A DNA stretch of 40,506 nt from an uncultured Candidatus Saccharibacteria bacterium (lineage in GTDB: Bacteria > Patescibacteriota > Minisyncoccia > Phycocordibacterales > SBAW01), in the NCBI GenBank assembly GCA_964459335.1, contig CAYWJX010000004.1, forward strand, positions 1 to 40,506, given 5' to 3'. Below, in pieces: positions 26,480 to 34,243 of this stretch; the first letter of the stretch is position 1, and every line of letters starts with the position of its first letter. The notes beneath the pieces were generated by a model. It did not search any database. It was not told the DNA's origin and was given only the letters and a program-made list of their open reading frames with translations. Made by a program: the position numbers and the translations under genes.

Positions 26480-27745
26480 TTATACCGCGCCCGGGCGTTC
26501 CGGCTCCAGCCCTACTACACCATCAATGCCGTAGGGTGCGAAAGAGTCAAGCTCGCTGTCCACTATGTCGATTATTCGCGATGGCGGCAGGTCTTGCAGA
26601 CAGAGCGCCGCATCGCGTATTTTGGCGTCGAGCCGGGTGCCGCAGGTCTTGGTGCTCCAGATCTTCTGTAGCTTCTTGCGGGCCTTGTTCGCGCCCATGT
26701 GATGCACGAGCTGCTGGATGGCAAAGGACGTGAGCGTGCGGTTAAGCGTGTGCACGTTCGACTTGTTGGCCGCCTCCCGGGTAATGAAATGGTTGAGGGC
26801 ATCCTCGGGCGTTATTTCCGTTTTGAACGCGAGCTGGTTGCCGGGGCGGCTGGTAATGTCCTTCCAGACGTAGATAAGGGCGTTTCTGCACAGCTCGTCA
26901 TTGAACAGCATCTCGAACGTGATTGGTTTCTCGCCGAGGCCGGGTATCAGACCGGAGAGGAAACGCTTGACGGCTCGCTGATCGTTGAACCGCGCCTCGA
27001 TCCGCAACACTTGCTTTTGACTGGAGAGCAGCTCGCGCATCTCGCGCTCTTTCGGCGTCTTGTTTTTATCAATCGACGCGCCGCGGTCTTTTTCTATATC
27101 GGCGAGCTTGTCGTAAAAAACAATCTGCCGGGAGGTCGTGTGAAAGTGCAGGCTCTCGCCGTGCTCGCGGTACTCGCGCATCCCGCCGTTGTCCAAGTAG
27201 TCGCGCATGTTGACCTGCATCCGCTCACCCATATCCGCCTTGTACAGCTCGCTCAATACTTCGCGTACCGTCAATGGAAACGGCAAAGCGATGTTTTTAC
27301 AGAAGTCGACTTTGGTAATGATTGCCGCTCGTATAGCCTGCTCGGTCGTTGCAATGCCCATGCGAAGCAGCCGGTCATGCAGTTTGGCGGCAACTCTGCC
27401 AAGGTGCCGTTGGCGCACTTCGTGCAGGTTCTCGCCAAAGAGCAGTTTCGGAAGCGACGCCCGTATGTGCAGATCGTGCTACAACTGATTATCGTCAAAA
27501 CGTCGATAGGCCGTCAGGGCGATGTTGGCAGCACCAGTCTTGCGCTCAAGCGTCGGGGTATTTTGGGTGTATTTTCTGTAGAGTTTCTTCATATCATAGT
27601 TGGGCGGTATTTCGTCTGCCCTTCTTATTTCAAGTGGCGGCGAAAACAGCCCGGGCGTGAGCACGATGAAAGCCGGATGTCGTATTTTAAGGTCGACGGT
27701 ATCAAGCATAGTGTCGAGCCCGCGTGCGTGCTTTGTTGAGCTCAT
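26480..27745 (-). pseudogene. Phage/plasmid replication initiator (gene II/X or Rep_trans-like) interrupted by one in-frame TAG at 27479-27481
   Basis: Track ORFs 27479-27760 and 26480-27418 share a frame; joined they read MLDTVDL...L*HDLHIRASLPKLLFGEN...IVFYDK...VLRIEARF. Confidence 0.7.
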
Positions 27746-27826
27746 AGTCGTCTCAGGCACTTACTTTGTTGTCCCTGTATACAGAGGAACCCGTCCGGGT
27801 CATCTTATTGACTAACAGAGAACCAC

Positions 27827-27856
27827 TTGACCTTCACAAAGGTGTGAGTATATAAT
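27827..27856 (+). promoter_or_regulatory. sigma70-type promoter facing the NYN 3' end, with no ORF downstream
   Basis: TTGACC-N18-TATAAT; TCACA-AAGG-TGTGA inverted repeat in the spacer. Confidence 0.5.
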
Positions 27857-27914
27857 AGAGCACATCAGACTTGAGCGGCATCTTTCGTAGGTGCCGCTCG
27901 CTGTATATATAGGT

Positions 27915-28556
27915 CTACTCCTCTTTTTCCTCCTCGTCTCGCGCGAGCCGGTGCTGTAACCGAGTGAAGTCTAAAAACTTATCTCCGGCAAACTTTTTAA
28001 TTTCTTTAGCGGTACGCGGTCCGCGCGAAAGTATCATTATTTCCTTGCCCTCTTTTCGCAAGAACTTCAACACCGGCAGAAAGTCGCCATCGCCCGAAAG
28101 GATGATTGCTCGGTCGTACTCGTCGCGGTCGCGCATCAGGTAAAAGGTCATATCGACATCGCAGTTTGCTTTGCGGCGCGGATTGCCGTCCTCGTCCTCA
28201 TACGTCTTTACCGGCTTGAGCACGAGCGTGTAGCCGAAGCTCTCCAGTTTGAGATAGAAGCGAACGCGGCGCAGGTGCCGGTCCAGCAAGAGCAGTTTTG
28301 CTTCAGTCATGTATTTACCCTTCTCGCGGATGAGATCGTCGAGATATTTTTTCAGGTCTTTAATTGGCACAGTGTCGTGCTCCAAATAGTCGAAGGGAAA
28401 GCGATGGATTTCGACTCCTCCAAAATAGTAGGTTGTTTCGACGCCGTATTTTTCGTGCAAATACTCGCGTAACTTTGCGTTATCAATGCTCCAGCCGAGC
28501 GACTTTTTGCCTCCGTAAAACAGGTTGGAGGCATCTATAAAAGCGATGGTTCTCAT
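27915..28556 (-). CDS. NYN (LabA/DUF88, PIN-like) domain protein
   Basis: IAFIDASNL, KANCDVDM, ILSGDGDF acidic motifs; TG-C-TACAAT 7 nt before ATG. Confidence 0.9.
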   Translation of the reverse strand: MRTIAFIDASNLFYGGKKSLGWSIDNAKLREYLHEKYGVETTYYFGGVEIHRFPFDYLEHDTVPIKDLKKYLDDLIREKGKYMTEAKLLLLDRHLRRVRFYLKLESFGYTLVLKPVKTYEDEDGNPRRKANCDVDMTFYLMRDRDEYDRAIILSGDGDFLPVLKFLRKEGKEIMILSRGPRTAKEIKKFAGDKFLDFTRLQHRLARDEEEKEE

Positions 28557-28718
28557 AGTGGTTATTGTAGCAGTCCTTCTTTTTTACACAAAACGCTCAG
28601 CAAAAAAGAGCGGTTACTCCATCTCCACAAGGCTCCCCCACTCGCGCACGATAGCGAAATGGTGTGCGTAAGTACTCTTAATAGCGGTTCTAACTTGGTA
28701 CAATCCGCGGAGCAATAC

Positions 28719-28746
28719 TTGACATTTATTCACATCGTGCTAATAT
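28719..28746 (+). promoter_or_regulatory. sigma70-type promoter just outside the putative attR
   Basis: TTGACA-N16-TAATAT. Confidence 0.5.
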
Positions 28747-28796
28747 AGCTTCAGCTGTATCTCAGCAGCTTGACTCATCGAACGCGGAGCATACAA

Positions 28797-29108
28797 ATGG
28801 TTAATTCCATCCCTGCCATCCGGCAAAACGCCGACGTGGCTACTGCTGTTGTCGAGAAGCACGGCAACAAGATTCATCCAATTCTTCGCCAGGCGATCGA
28901 TTCTAATTTTCGAATCGACATCGCAGAGAAGGGTGAGCTCTCGGTCGAATTCTTGCAGGGATTCTTTTCGGGTCTCATGTTCGCCAACATTTGGTTGACA
29001 GACTTAGGACGCGAAAGTACCCCACAAGGTCAATGCGTTGCCGACCTTACCGTCGAGGCGGCTCGAAAATATCTCGAGCGTATCGAAAAGGAAGTAAACG
29101 GGGTATAA
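28797..29108 (+). CDS. Hypothetical protein (103 aa)
   Basis: GGAG RBS, promoter upstream, terminator downstream. Confidence 0.6.
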   Translation: MVNSIPAIRQNADVATAVVEKHGNKIHPILRQAIDSNFRIDIAEKGELSVEFLQGFFSGLMFANIWLTDLGRESTPQGQCVADLTVEAARKYLERIEKEVNGV

Positions 29109-29134
29109 CCGCCAAATTCTCGTACAACGACCTG

Positions 29135-29160
29135 AGCTCCTGAGAAATCGGGGGCTTTTT
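29135..29160 (+). terminator. Intrinsic terminator
   Basis: AGCTCCTGA gaaa TCGGGGGCT followed by T-run. Confidence 0.65.
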
Positions 29161-29216
29161 CTTTTCCTACTTTCCTACCACGTAGGTTCGGACATCATCC
29201 GGCAGGCGGAGTTGGT

Positions 29217-29312
29217 TTATTTTTGGCCTATCTTGCACCCGCACGAGCACGAGCCGTCGGCCTCTTTGTGTTCATGATTACAGCTTGTACAAGTTTTTGG
29301 TGTCGTTTCCAT
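29217..29312 (-). CDS. 31-aa Cys/His-rich microprotein
   Basis: METTPKTCTSCNHEHKEADGSCSCGCKIGQK*; AT-rich leader; below ORF-track cutoff. Confidence 0.65.
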   Translation of the reverse strand: METTPKTCTSCNHEHKEADGSCSCGCKIGQK

Positions 29313-29334
29313 ATTTTTTAATTTAATTAATACG

Positions 29335-29507
29335 CCTGCCATAGTGTCACGGCCTACCTGTGTTTTGCATGTAGAAGCTCAAGCAGCGCCCGGCGACCAT
29401 TGTTCATCAAAAAAACATAGGAGATGGAGTATGCTTGCTTCACAAGGCGGTTATATCATATGTATGACCTCTTGGGCAGGAGCCCCCGATTTAAACGTCG
29501 GGGGTTT
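29335..29507 (+). ncRNA. Candidate structured ncRNA (long irregular hairpin, 6S-like) with terminator
   Basis: Nested pairings CCTGCC/GGCAGG, GTCA/TGAC, GAAGC/GCTTC, AAGCA/TGCTT, then hairpin CCCCCGAT/GTCGGGGG and a T-rich tail. Confidence 0.4.
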
Positions 29508-29755
29508 CTTCGTTTTTATTGGACGCTAACGACGATATTGCTGATTTTCTTAGTGAGACCCTTTGTTGTGATGGAAGCCCTTAAGAATCTCCGCGAGGCG
29601 CGCACGCTTCCCTTTTATACCGCCCTTCTTTGCAGCAGCGGCAAGTTTAGCGGCAGGAATTTTATCTCCCGCTTTCACGCCAAGCTCTCCGGTGAATTAC
29701 ATGGATTCACCGATGATTCATGAGGGATTCACGGGATATACGTATAGTTAAGAAC

Positions 29756-30286
29756 ATGCGTTTATACGCCCCTCCTACGGCCTTTTTTGCGGAGGTGCAG
29801 ACCTTTGATCCGCGCTCCTTTGACTTTCCCCGAACTATCGGAACTTTTTTGTTTGTGGGTGCTATCTTCTTTTTTGTTTTTTCGTTCTCCGTTTTCCTTT
29901 TTTCGCTTCCACCGCACAAAGTCGCGGCGGAAGGTGCTAGGCTTGCGCCCGCAGTTACCACAGGCGTCCCTCTCTTCCCTCTTGAGATGCATATCGCCAA
30001 CAACGGGCTCGTGCTTCTGCGCAGTGCACGAGTGGTGGCGGTACATGGAACTACCATAGCCGTCAGTACGGCATGGGGCTCGACGGATTTTAGGTGGATA
30101 GTACTCACCGACGCAAGCAGTTACGAAACGCACAATTTCGGAACACGCTTTCTCAACCGTGACGGCCAAGAGATTTCTCCTCAGGATGTACACGCGGGAG
30201 ATTATGTGACTATTACCGGCATGCTCGACGCCTCTGCGCAGGAGCCGACGCTCAACGCCGATTCTGTAAGAAACTTGGAGGAATAA
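29756..30286 (+). CDS. Hypothetical membrane-anchored protein with a beta-rich C-terminal domain
   Basis: TM segment, then V.G.V...G.T...D...GD.VTI.G pattern; TATAGT 7 nt before ATG 29756. Confidence 0.65.
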   Translation: MRLYAPPTAFFAEVQTFDPRSFDFPRTIGTFLFVGAIFFFVFSFSVFLFSLPPHKVAAEGARLAPAVTTGVPLFPLEMHIANNGLVLLRSARVVAVHGTTIAVSTAWGSTDFRWIVLTDASSYETHNFGTRFLNRDGQEISPQDVHAGDYVTITGMLDASAQEPTLNADSVRNLEE

Positions 30287-30315
30287 AATATGCTAGAGAG
30301 GTATATACTGTGGAC

Positions 30316-31062
30316 ATGATGTACATACTCCTCATCATTGTTGTTCTGGTCTTGCTCTCTCTGCGCATAGTCAAAGAATACGACCGTGGTGTTGTTTTCC
30401 GCCTGGGCAGAGTGGTAGGTGTACGCGGCCCAGGCCTCATTTTTCTCATCCCACTGATCGAAATGATGACTAAGGTAACGCTGCGTACTATTACCATGGC
30501 CATACCGTCTCAAAAGATAATTACCAAAGACAATGTTTCCATTGATATCGCTGCTGTGGCCTATTACCATATCGTCGATCCGATGAAGTCGGTCATTGCT
30601 GTTGAAAAGGTTCATGACGCGGTCAACCAAATAAGCCAGACCACGGTGAGAAATGTGGTGGGTCAATTCATGCTTGATCAGCTGCTTTCACAGACGGCGG
30701 ATATCAATACGCAAATCAAAAATGTGATCGATAAACATACAGAGCCCTGGGGTGCGCAAGTCACCGCCGTGGAAATCAAAGACATTGTCCTGCCGGAGAA
30801 TATGCAGCGGGCAATGGCAAAAGAGGCCGAGGCTGAGCGCGAGCGCCGTGCCAAAATCGTCGCGGCACTGGGAGAGATGCAAGCGGCGCAGAAGCTTGCC
30901 GATGCTGCGGATATTATGAGCAAACATCCGGTGGCTCTGCAGCTACGGACTCTCCAGACCATGGCGGAAATCAGCGTGGAGAAGAACTCAACTATCATCT
31001 TTCCCGCTCAGTTCATGAGTACAGTGAAGGAAGCGCTCAAATTTATCCAGTCAGACAAGTAA
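30316..31062 (+). CDS. SPFH / band-7 (stomatin-like) protein
   Basis: EYDRGVVFRLGR, ITKDNVS, QTTVRNVVG, RAMAKEAEAERERRAKI, ALQLRTLQT. Confidence 0.95.
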   Translation: MMYILLIIVVLVLLSLRIVKEYDRGVVFRLGRVVGVRGPGLIFLIPLIEMMTKVTLRTITMAIPSQKIITKDNVSIDIAAVAYYHIVDPMKSVIAVEKVHDAVNQISQTTVRNVVGQFMLDQLLSQTADINTQIKNVIDKHTEPWGAQVTAVEIKDIVLPENMQRAMAKEAEAERERRAKIVAALGEMQAAQKLADAADIMSKHPVALQLRTLQTMAEISVEKNSTIIFPAQFMSTVKEALKFIQSDK

Positions 31063-31090
31063 TAAGGCGGGTTCGAACATCATTTAGCAA

Positions 31091-31297
31091 ATGGATTCTA
31101 CTGTCTTAAAAATTTTAGCCATTGATACGGCTCTTCTTATAATCATAGGGTTAATTTTGTTTTCAAATCATAAAGCGTACGAAGAACGCCTACAAATCTG
31201 CATGGTGCAGTGCCGTTATGATTACACCAAACCAACGATGAGACCTATACCGGGTACCTATCAAACTTGCGTAGACGGCTGCAACGCACAAGATTGA
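31091..31297 (+). CDS. Small hypothetical membrane protein with two CxxxC motifs
   Basis: N-terminal TM; CMVQC and CVDGC. Confidence 0.5.
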   Translation: MDSTVLKILAIDTALLIIIGLILFSNHKAYEERLQICMVQCRYDYTKPTMRPIPGTYQTCVDGCNAQD

Positions 31298-31310
31298 TTT
31301 GACGGGATAC

Positions 31311-31338
31311 TTGACAATATTTATAAGATATGTATGAT
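31311..31338 (+). promoter_or_regulatory. sigma70-type promoter
   Basis: TTGACA-N16-TATGAT. Confidence 0.55.
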
Positions 31339-31381
31339 GTATACGTTGTTGCTACCAACAACCTGAAAAAGGAGAAAACCT

Positions 31382-31669
31382 TTGAAAAAGCACGTTCTTC
31401 TAGCGGTTACTGCCGCTATCATGCTGTCGGGCAGCACCCTGGCTTCGGCCAACGGCTGTGTGCCGCCGCCAATCTTCCATGCCGCCGGGGCGTCTGTGCC
31501 CTGGGGGGTGTTCGTTTGTCCGGCGCTGATCATCTTAAGTGCCGCGGTGGTCAACGCCCGCGACCACCGGGAGTTAACGTCGCAGGAGGCTTGGACCTGC
31601 GGCGTTGCAGGTCTCTTCTCTCCGTCACCGGCTGCGCCGCAGCCAGTGGTGCTGAAGGAAAAATACTGA
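31382..31669 (+). CDS. Small secreted/membrane hypothetical protein (TTG start)
   Basis: AAGGAG RBS, signal peptide MKKHVLLAVTAAIML...ASA, three Cys. Confidence 0.65.
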   Translation: MKKHVLLAVTAAIMLSGSTLASANGCVPPPIFHAAGASVPWGVFVCPALIILSAAVVNARDHRELTSQEAWTCGVAGLFSPSPAAPQPVVLKEKY

Positions 31670-31687
31670 CAGCGGCCCGACAACAGG

Positions 31688-31722
31688 TCGGCAACATCCT
31701 TAAGGATGTTGCCGGCTTTTTT
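31688..31722. terminator. Intrinsic terminator
   Basis: GTCGGCAACATCC ttaa GGATGTTGCCGGC followed by T6. Confidence 0.75.
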
Positions 31723-31743
31723 ACTATCGCCTTGTACCTACAA

Positions 31744-33111
31744 TTAATGGTTCCCACGGTCACCACGGCCACGGCCATTACCGTTGCCGTGTTGTGATCC
31801 TCCGGCAGCACTATGCTGTTGCGGGCCATTTTGATTATTGTTGTGGTTAGTGACGTTAGAATTATTATCGGAAGTTCCACTGGTAAACGGGAAACCGTTG
31901 CCGAAGGGATTACCATTACAGAACGGGAACCCGTTACAGAAAGATACTTGTCCGTTGCTAAATGAAACATTGTTGCCAGAACTGCCATGTTTAGTGTTGT
32001 TGGTGGTTGAGGCATTGGCAAAGTTGAGGCCGGTTTGGCTCGAGCCGTTACTGATGACGACTGCGTTAAAGTCGCTCGTCTCCTGGATCCAGCCCGACTG
32101 ATCGATCTCCTCTACTTTATAGGTACCGTCGGTGAGATTAGAAAAGGAGTAATTGCCGTTTGCATCGGTGACGGTTGTTGCGATTACTTCCTGCGTTGTA
32201 TTGCTCCCCCGATAGTTTTTAGAAGCACCGGAGAGCTGGACGGTAAAACCCGCAAGGCCCGGTTCGCCGGAATCAAGAATGTTGTTGTTATTGAGATCGT
32301 TGTAGACTTCCCCGCTTATCATGCCAGTGGTGGTTGCCACCGGCGGAGTCGTCGTTGCGGCAACGGTTAGTATTTCGCTCCCGCACGAACTGGTTGCCGC
32401 TAAGTTGTTTGTATCGCCGGAATAGACCGCTTGCCAGTAATACGTATTGGGAGTATTGAAGACTATCGTAGATGAGTTTGATACTATTCCATTGGTGACC
32501 GCTACTGCTCCTGCACTCTGAGTAAGAGCACTGCACGCGTTGTCACTGTAGATATTGTAGACAAGGGTGCCACTTGCATTGCTCGTAATGCCGGCAAGTG
32601 TTGCACTATCGAAGACAGAGGATCCTGCTAAGGCGCTGGTTGTCGAAAGCGTCGTTGAAAGCAATGTAGTTGAGGCTGTCGCAGTTAGCGCCACGCATGT
32701 ACTACTTGAAGGAGTATTGCTGGCGTCGCCATTATAGTTGATAAGGTAGGAGAGACCGCTACTGGGCACCGGAATGAGGTTTGACTGAGCAAAGCCGTTT
32801 GCTAAGGCTACATCACTTTGTACGGCGGCCGCGCCTGAACAGGCGGTGTTGGCATACAGATTAAAGTTGACCGTCCCGCTGGGGATTGTGGAGGAGGTCG
32901 AGGACGCGACGTTTACGCTTGCATAAACGAGAGAGCCTATTTGTGCCGACGTGGTTGTCGCATTGCCTGCGTTAAGAATCGCGACAGTCATTGTCGGCGC
33001 GGCATCTGCACGCGCCAGCGTTGCTGCAAAGACAGATACCATCATAGCGATACCGATAGCGACGACGGCCAGAGAGATATTACTATTATTGGAGAGTATT
33101 TTTATTTTCAT
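31744..33111 (-). CDS. Secreted Ser/Thr-rich surface protein with two Ig-like repeats, an SdrD-B/Cna-B-like domain and a Gly/Asn tail
   Basis: Signal anchor; SGTVNFNLY...CSG and SGTLVYNIY...CSA repeats; ISGEVYNDLNNN...GEPGLAG...TTVTDANGNYSFSNL.DG.Y. Confidence 0.8.
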   Translation of the reverse strand: MKIKILSNNSNISLAVVAIGIAMMVSVFAATLARADAAPTMTVAILNAGNATTTSAQIGSLVYASVNVASSTSSTIPSGTVNFNLYANTACSGAAAVQSDVALANGFAQSNLIPVPSSGLSYLINYNGDASNTPSSSTCVALTATASTTLLSTTLSTTSALAGSSVFDSATLAGITSNASGTLVYNIYSDNACSALTQSAGAVAVTNGIVSNSSTIVFNTPNTYYWQAVYSGDTNNLAATSSCGSEILTVAATTTPPVATTTGMISGEVYNDLNNNNILDSGEPGLAGFTVQLSGASKNYRGSNTTQEVIATTVTDANGNYSFSNLTDGTYKVEEIDQSGWIQETSDFNAVVISNGSSQTGLNFANASTTNNTKHGSSGNNVSFSNGQVSFCNGFPFCNGNPFGNGFPFTSGTSDNNSNVTNHNNNQNGPQQHSAAGGSQHGNGNGRGRGDRGNH

Positions 33112-33486
33112 ACAATCAATTTTATATTCTATTTATTTTAATATTTATTGTTAATTCAATGTTAATAAATAATAAACAACTAACCATGAAAACCTGGTGA
33201 GTATTATTTCTTTCCCAAAACTCTTCATTCTAAATCTGGAGGAAACTCCGATCCGGGTATTTCCCATTGTTTTTTTCAATAATGGATATATCATAGCTAG
33301 GTACACCCGGAAAGGTTCGGAGAAGCTGCGCTCTTCCTGCAGTTTCTTTTGTAAGTCGCGGGAAAGGAAGGGGCAGTCGGGTCCGTGACTGCATCTGGCG
33401 TATTGAGCCTCTAGTTGCGGGTGTACCTCGGCTGTCCCTTCCTTTCTTATGCACTGGATCCGATAGGACCGGCATAGCGTACACCT

Positions 33487-33855
33487 ATGTCTGCACCCCT
33501 TGAAACACCTCAACGTAAATTAGTTTTTATAGCCCATCCAATCAGAGGGGATGTGGCTAGCAATATGAAAAAAGTGTTTGCTATTTGCGAGCAAGTACAC
33601 AAAGAAGGACACACTCCAATCGCACCCTACCTTATAGCACCTACGCATTCGAATGACGAAGTACTTAAAAACCGGGAACTTGGAGTATGGGCGAACCTTA
33701 CTACTTTTGAGCATGGCTATGTTGACGAACTTTGGCTCTATGGCGACAGAATTTCTGAAGGAATGAAAATAGAGGTAGCTCTAGCGAAGAAATTAGGAAT
33801 CCCCGTGGTTGCAAAATCGGAAGGGACAAAGAGGGACCTGCACGCATCAGATTGA
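33487..33855 (+). CDS. DUF4406 / nucleoside-deoxyribosyltransferase-like Rossmannoid protein
   Basis: VFIAHPIRGD, PIAP, DELWLYGDRISEGMKIEVALAKKLGIPV. Confidence 0.65.
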   Translation: MSAPLETPQRKLVFIAHPIRGDVASNMKKVFAICEQVHKEGHTPIAPYLIAPTHSNDEVLKNRELGVWANLTTFEHGYVDELWLYGDRISEGMKIEVALAKKLGIPVVAKSEGTKRDLHASD

Positions 33856-34170
33856 GCTAAAAATAAATGACAAGAGTTTCATGATGAGCCAACCGATGAT
33901 GGCGTACCCGATCATGGCCACAACAATGATAAGCTCGGTTGCATAGCCGTTCCCAATCGAGAGTCCCGGGAACGCTCCTACAAACGGGCCGATGAGCGGA
34001 TCGGTAACGCCGTAGACCCAGGCAATAAATTGTGACGACGGATTTGCCCCAAGCAACTCTAGTACCAGTCGAAGTATGAGTGCGGCCTCAATAAGACCGA
34101 ATACACCATTAACAACTCTGGCAACAAAAGCTCCGGGATAATAATCGCGTTCAATGATGACATCTTCCAT
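33847..34170 (-). CDS. YggT family membrane protein
   Basis: LILRLVLELLGANPSSQFIAWVYGVTDPLIGPF. Confidence 0.85.
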   Translation of the reverse strand: MEDVIIERDYYPGAFVARVVNGVFGLIEAALILRLVLELLGANPSSQFIAWVYGVTDPLIGPFVGAFPGLSIGNGYATELIIVVAMIGYAIIGWLIMKLLSFIFSSI

Positions 34171-34243
34171 AGATAACCACTATATGCCAACCACAGTGGT
34201 GTACGTGTGAAGAGTACAAAAATCTGCTGATACAATGTGAGGA

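Larger units (their letters stand above)
24856..28714. mobile_element. ~3.85 kb integrative element in the tRNA-Asn 3' end (serine recombinase, Rep, NYN)
   Basis: CGCGGAGCA at 24856-24864 and 28706-28714; recombinase frame stays open across the reconstructed circle junction. Confidence 0.75.

Noticed and set aside
27479-27481. Amber recoding or alternative genetic code
   Set aside because: TAG terminates many genes here, including NYN in the same element, and TGA is also used as stop; one codon cannot support recoding.
26699-27739. 346-aa plus-strand ORF opposite Rep
   Set aside because: Fully antisense to a motif-bearing Rep; no recognisable domain or RBS.
28557-28590. Idea that integration silences NYN by separating it from the Rep operon promoter
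   Set aside because: NYN has its own extended -10 (TG-C-TACAAT, 7 nt before ATG) inside the element.
28614-28705. Structured ncRNA leader upstream of NYN
   Set aside because: Better explained as the displaced in-frame 3' end of the recombinase; pairing is weak.
29424-29723. 99-aa ORF with GGAG upstream
   Set aside because: Runs through a terminator-like hairpin and the ncRNA candidate; no motifs. Cannot be fully excluded.
33151-33513. Overlapping ORFs 33151-33513, 33230-33484 and 33197-33388
   Set aside because: No start signals or motifs identify a real frame; possibly a decayed gene fragment.
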